This document shows positions 63,846-64,000 of a stretch of 64,000 nucleotides of DNA, one piece after another. A program made the position numbers and the translations under genes. The DNA is from Cyanobium sp. (GTDB taxonomy: Bacteria; Cyanobacteriota; Cyanobacteriia; PCC-6307; Cyanobiaceae): positions 4,031 through 68,030 of the forward strand of contig JBIKWZ010000006.1 of NCBI GenBank assembly GCA_044356035.1, read 5' to 3'. The notes under the pieces were generated by a model, which worked only from the letters and a program-made list of their open reading frames with translations, was not told the DNA's origin and made no database searches. Each line of letters begins with the position of its first letter. Positions within the stretch are counted from its first letter, which is position 1.

Positions 63846-63921
63846 AATAACTACGTGCTAGTTTCAGCAATTGGCTTAGGTGTAAATATTCAATCTCATA
63901 AATAACTACGTAGTAGTTTCA
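63846..63921. promoter_or_regulatory. Two 21-nt direct repeats, each containing a short palindrome, upstream of the zinc-ribbon gene
   Basis: AATAACTACGTGCTAGTTTCA (63846-63866) and AATAACTACGTAGTAGTTTCA (63901-63921) match at 19 of 21 positions, spaced 55 nt start to start. Cores are AACTA-CGTGC-TAGTT and AACTAC-GTA-GTAGTT. A CAAAATAG x2 mini-repeat lies at about 63826-63842. Confidence 0.5.
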
Positions 63922-64000
63922 ACGGGATATGAGGACTCTATAAGACCCCGCTACAGCAAACCCTTCAACTCAAGACTCAAACAAAGAGTTGCTGAAAGCA

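Larger units (their letters stand above)
61020..64000. other. Low-GC region 3 (RTX/bluetail surface protein, phage-like zinc-ribbon gene, AT-rich repeat-bearing spacer), continues past the right edge
   Basis: The composition drop immediately after the PLD gene is visible by eye. Confidence 0.5.

Noticed and set aside
1-64000. CRISPR arrays, rRNA genes, insertion sequences, group I/II introns
   Set aside because: No regularly spaced direct repeats were seen, and no rRNA-like or transposase-like sequences. The tRNA-Leu is the GAG isoacceptor and is uninterrupted.

Overview
High-GC (by eye about 65%) picocyanobacterial chromosome segment, most likely a phycocyanin-containing Cyanobium or marine/estuarine Synechococcus (cpcG, CpcS-type lyase, psbX, ycf66, hli; tmRNA tag ANNIVRFSRQTAPVAA). 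Most of the window is core housekeeping genes: mutS2 (partial), hemB, a DnaJ-class chaperone, a circularly permuted two-piece tmRNA, smc, msrB, tRNA-Leu(GAG), accC, yggT-psbX-ycf66, an HLIP, comM, rpsU, def, an S9 peptidase, gltS, mtnA plus a class II aldolase, the ftrC-sufBCDS operon with divergent sufR, cpcG and a PLD-family lipoprotein. Three stretches of visibly lower GC interrupt this: about 6.45-9.25 kb, 35.1-50.3 kb and 61.0-64.0 kb. The 15-kb middle island is the most interesting part. It holds a polyamine-type ABC importer (A-D-B-C order, Tat-signal binding protein) co-transcribed with a cytoplasmic flavin amine oxidase. It also holds a prokaryotic pentameric ligand-gated ion channel (GLIC/ELIC-type) homologue and two further Tat-signal flavin amine oxidase paralogues, one killed by two in-frame stops. 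A decayed methyltransferase, an OprB-type porin and a Bgt-like basic-amino-acid ABC transporter complete it. I read this as a possibly undescribed periplasmic amine or basic-amino-acid sensing and scavenging module; that interpretation is inference. Many long ORFs in the track are off-frame or antisense shadows typical of high-GC DNA and were rejected. All family names come from motif recognition by eye and memory; no database search was run. No CRISPR array, rRNA, transposase or integrase was seen.
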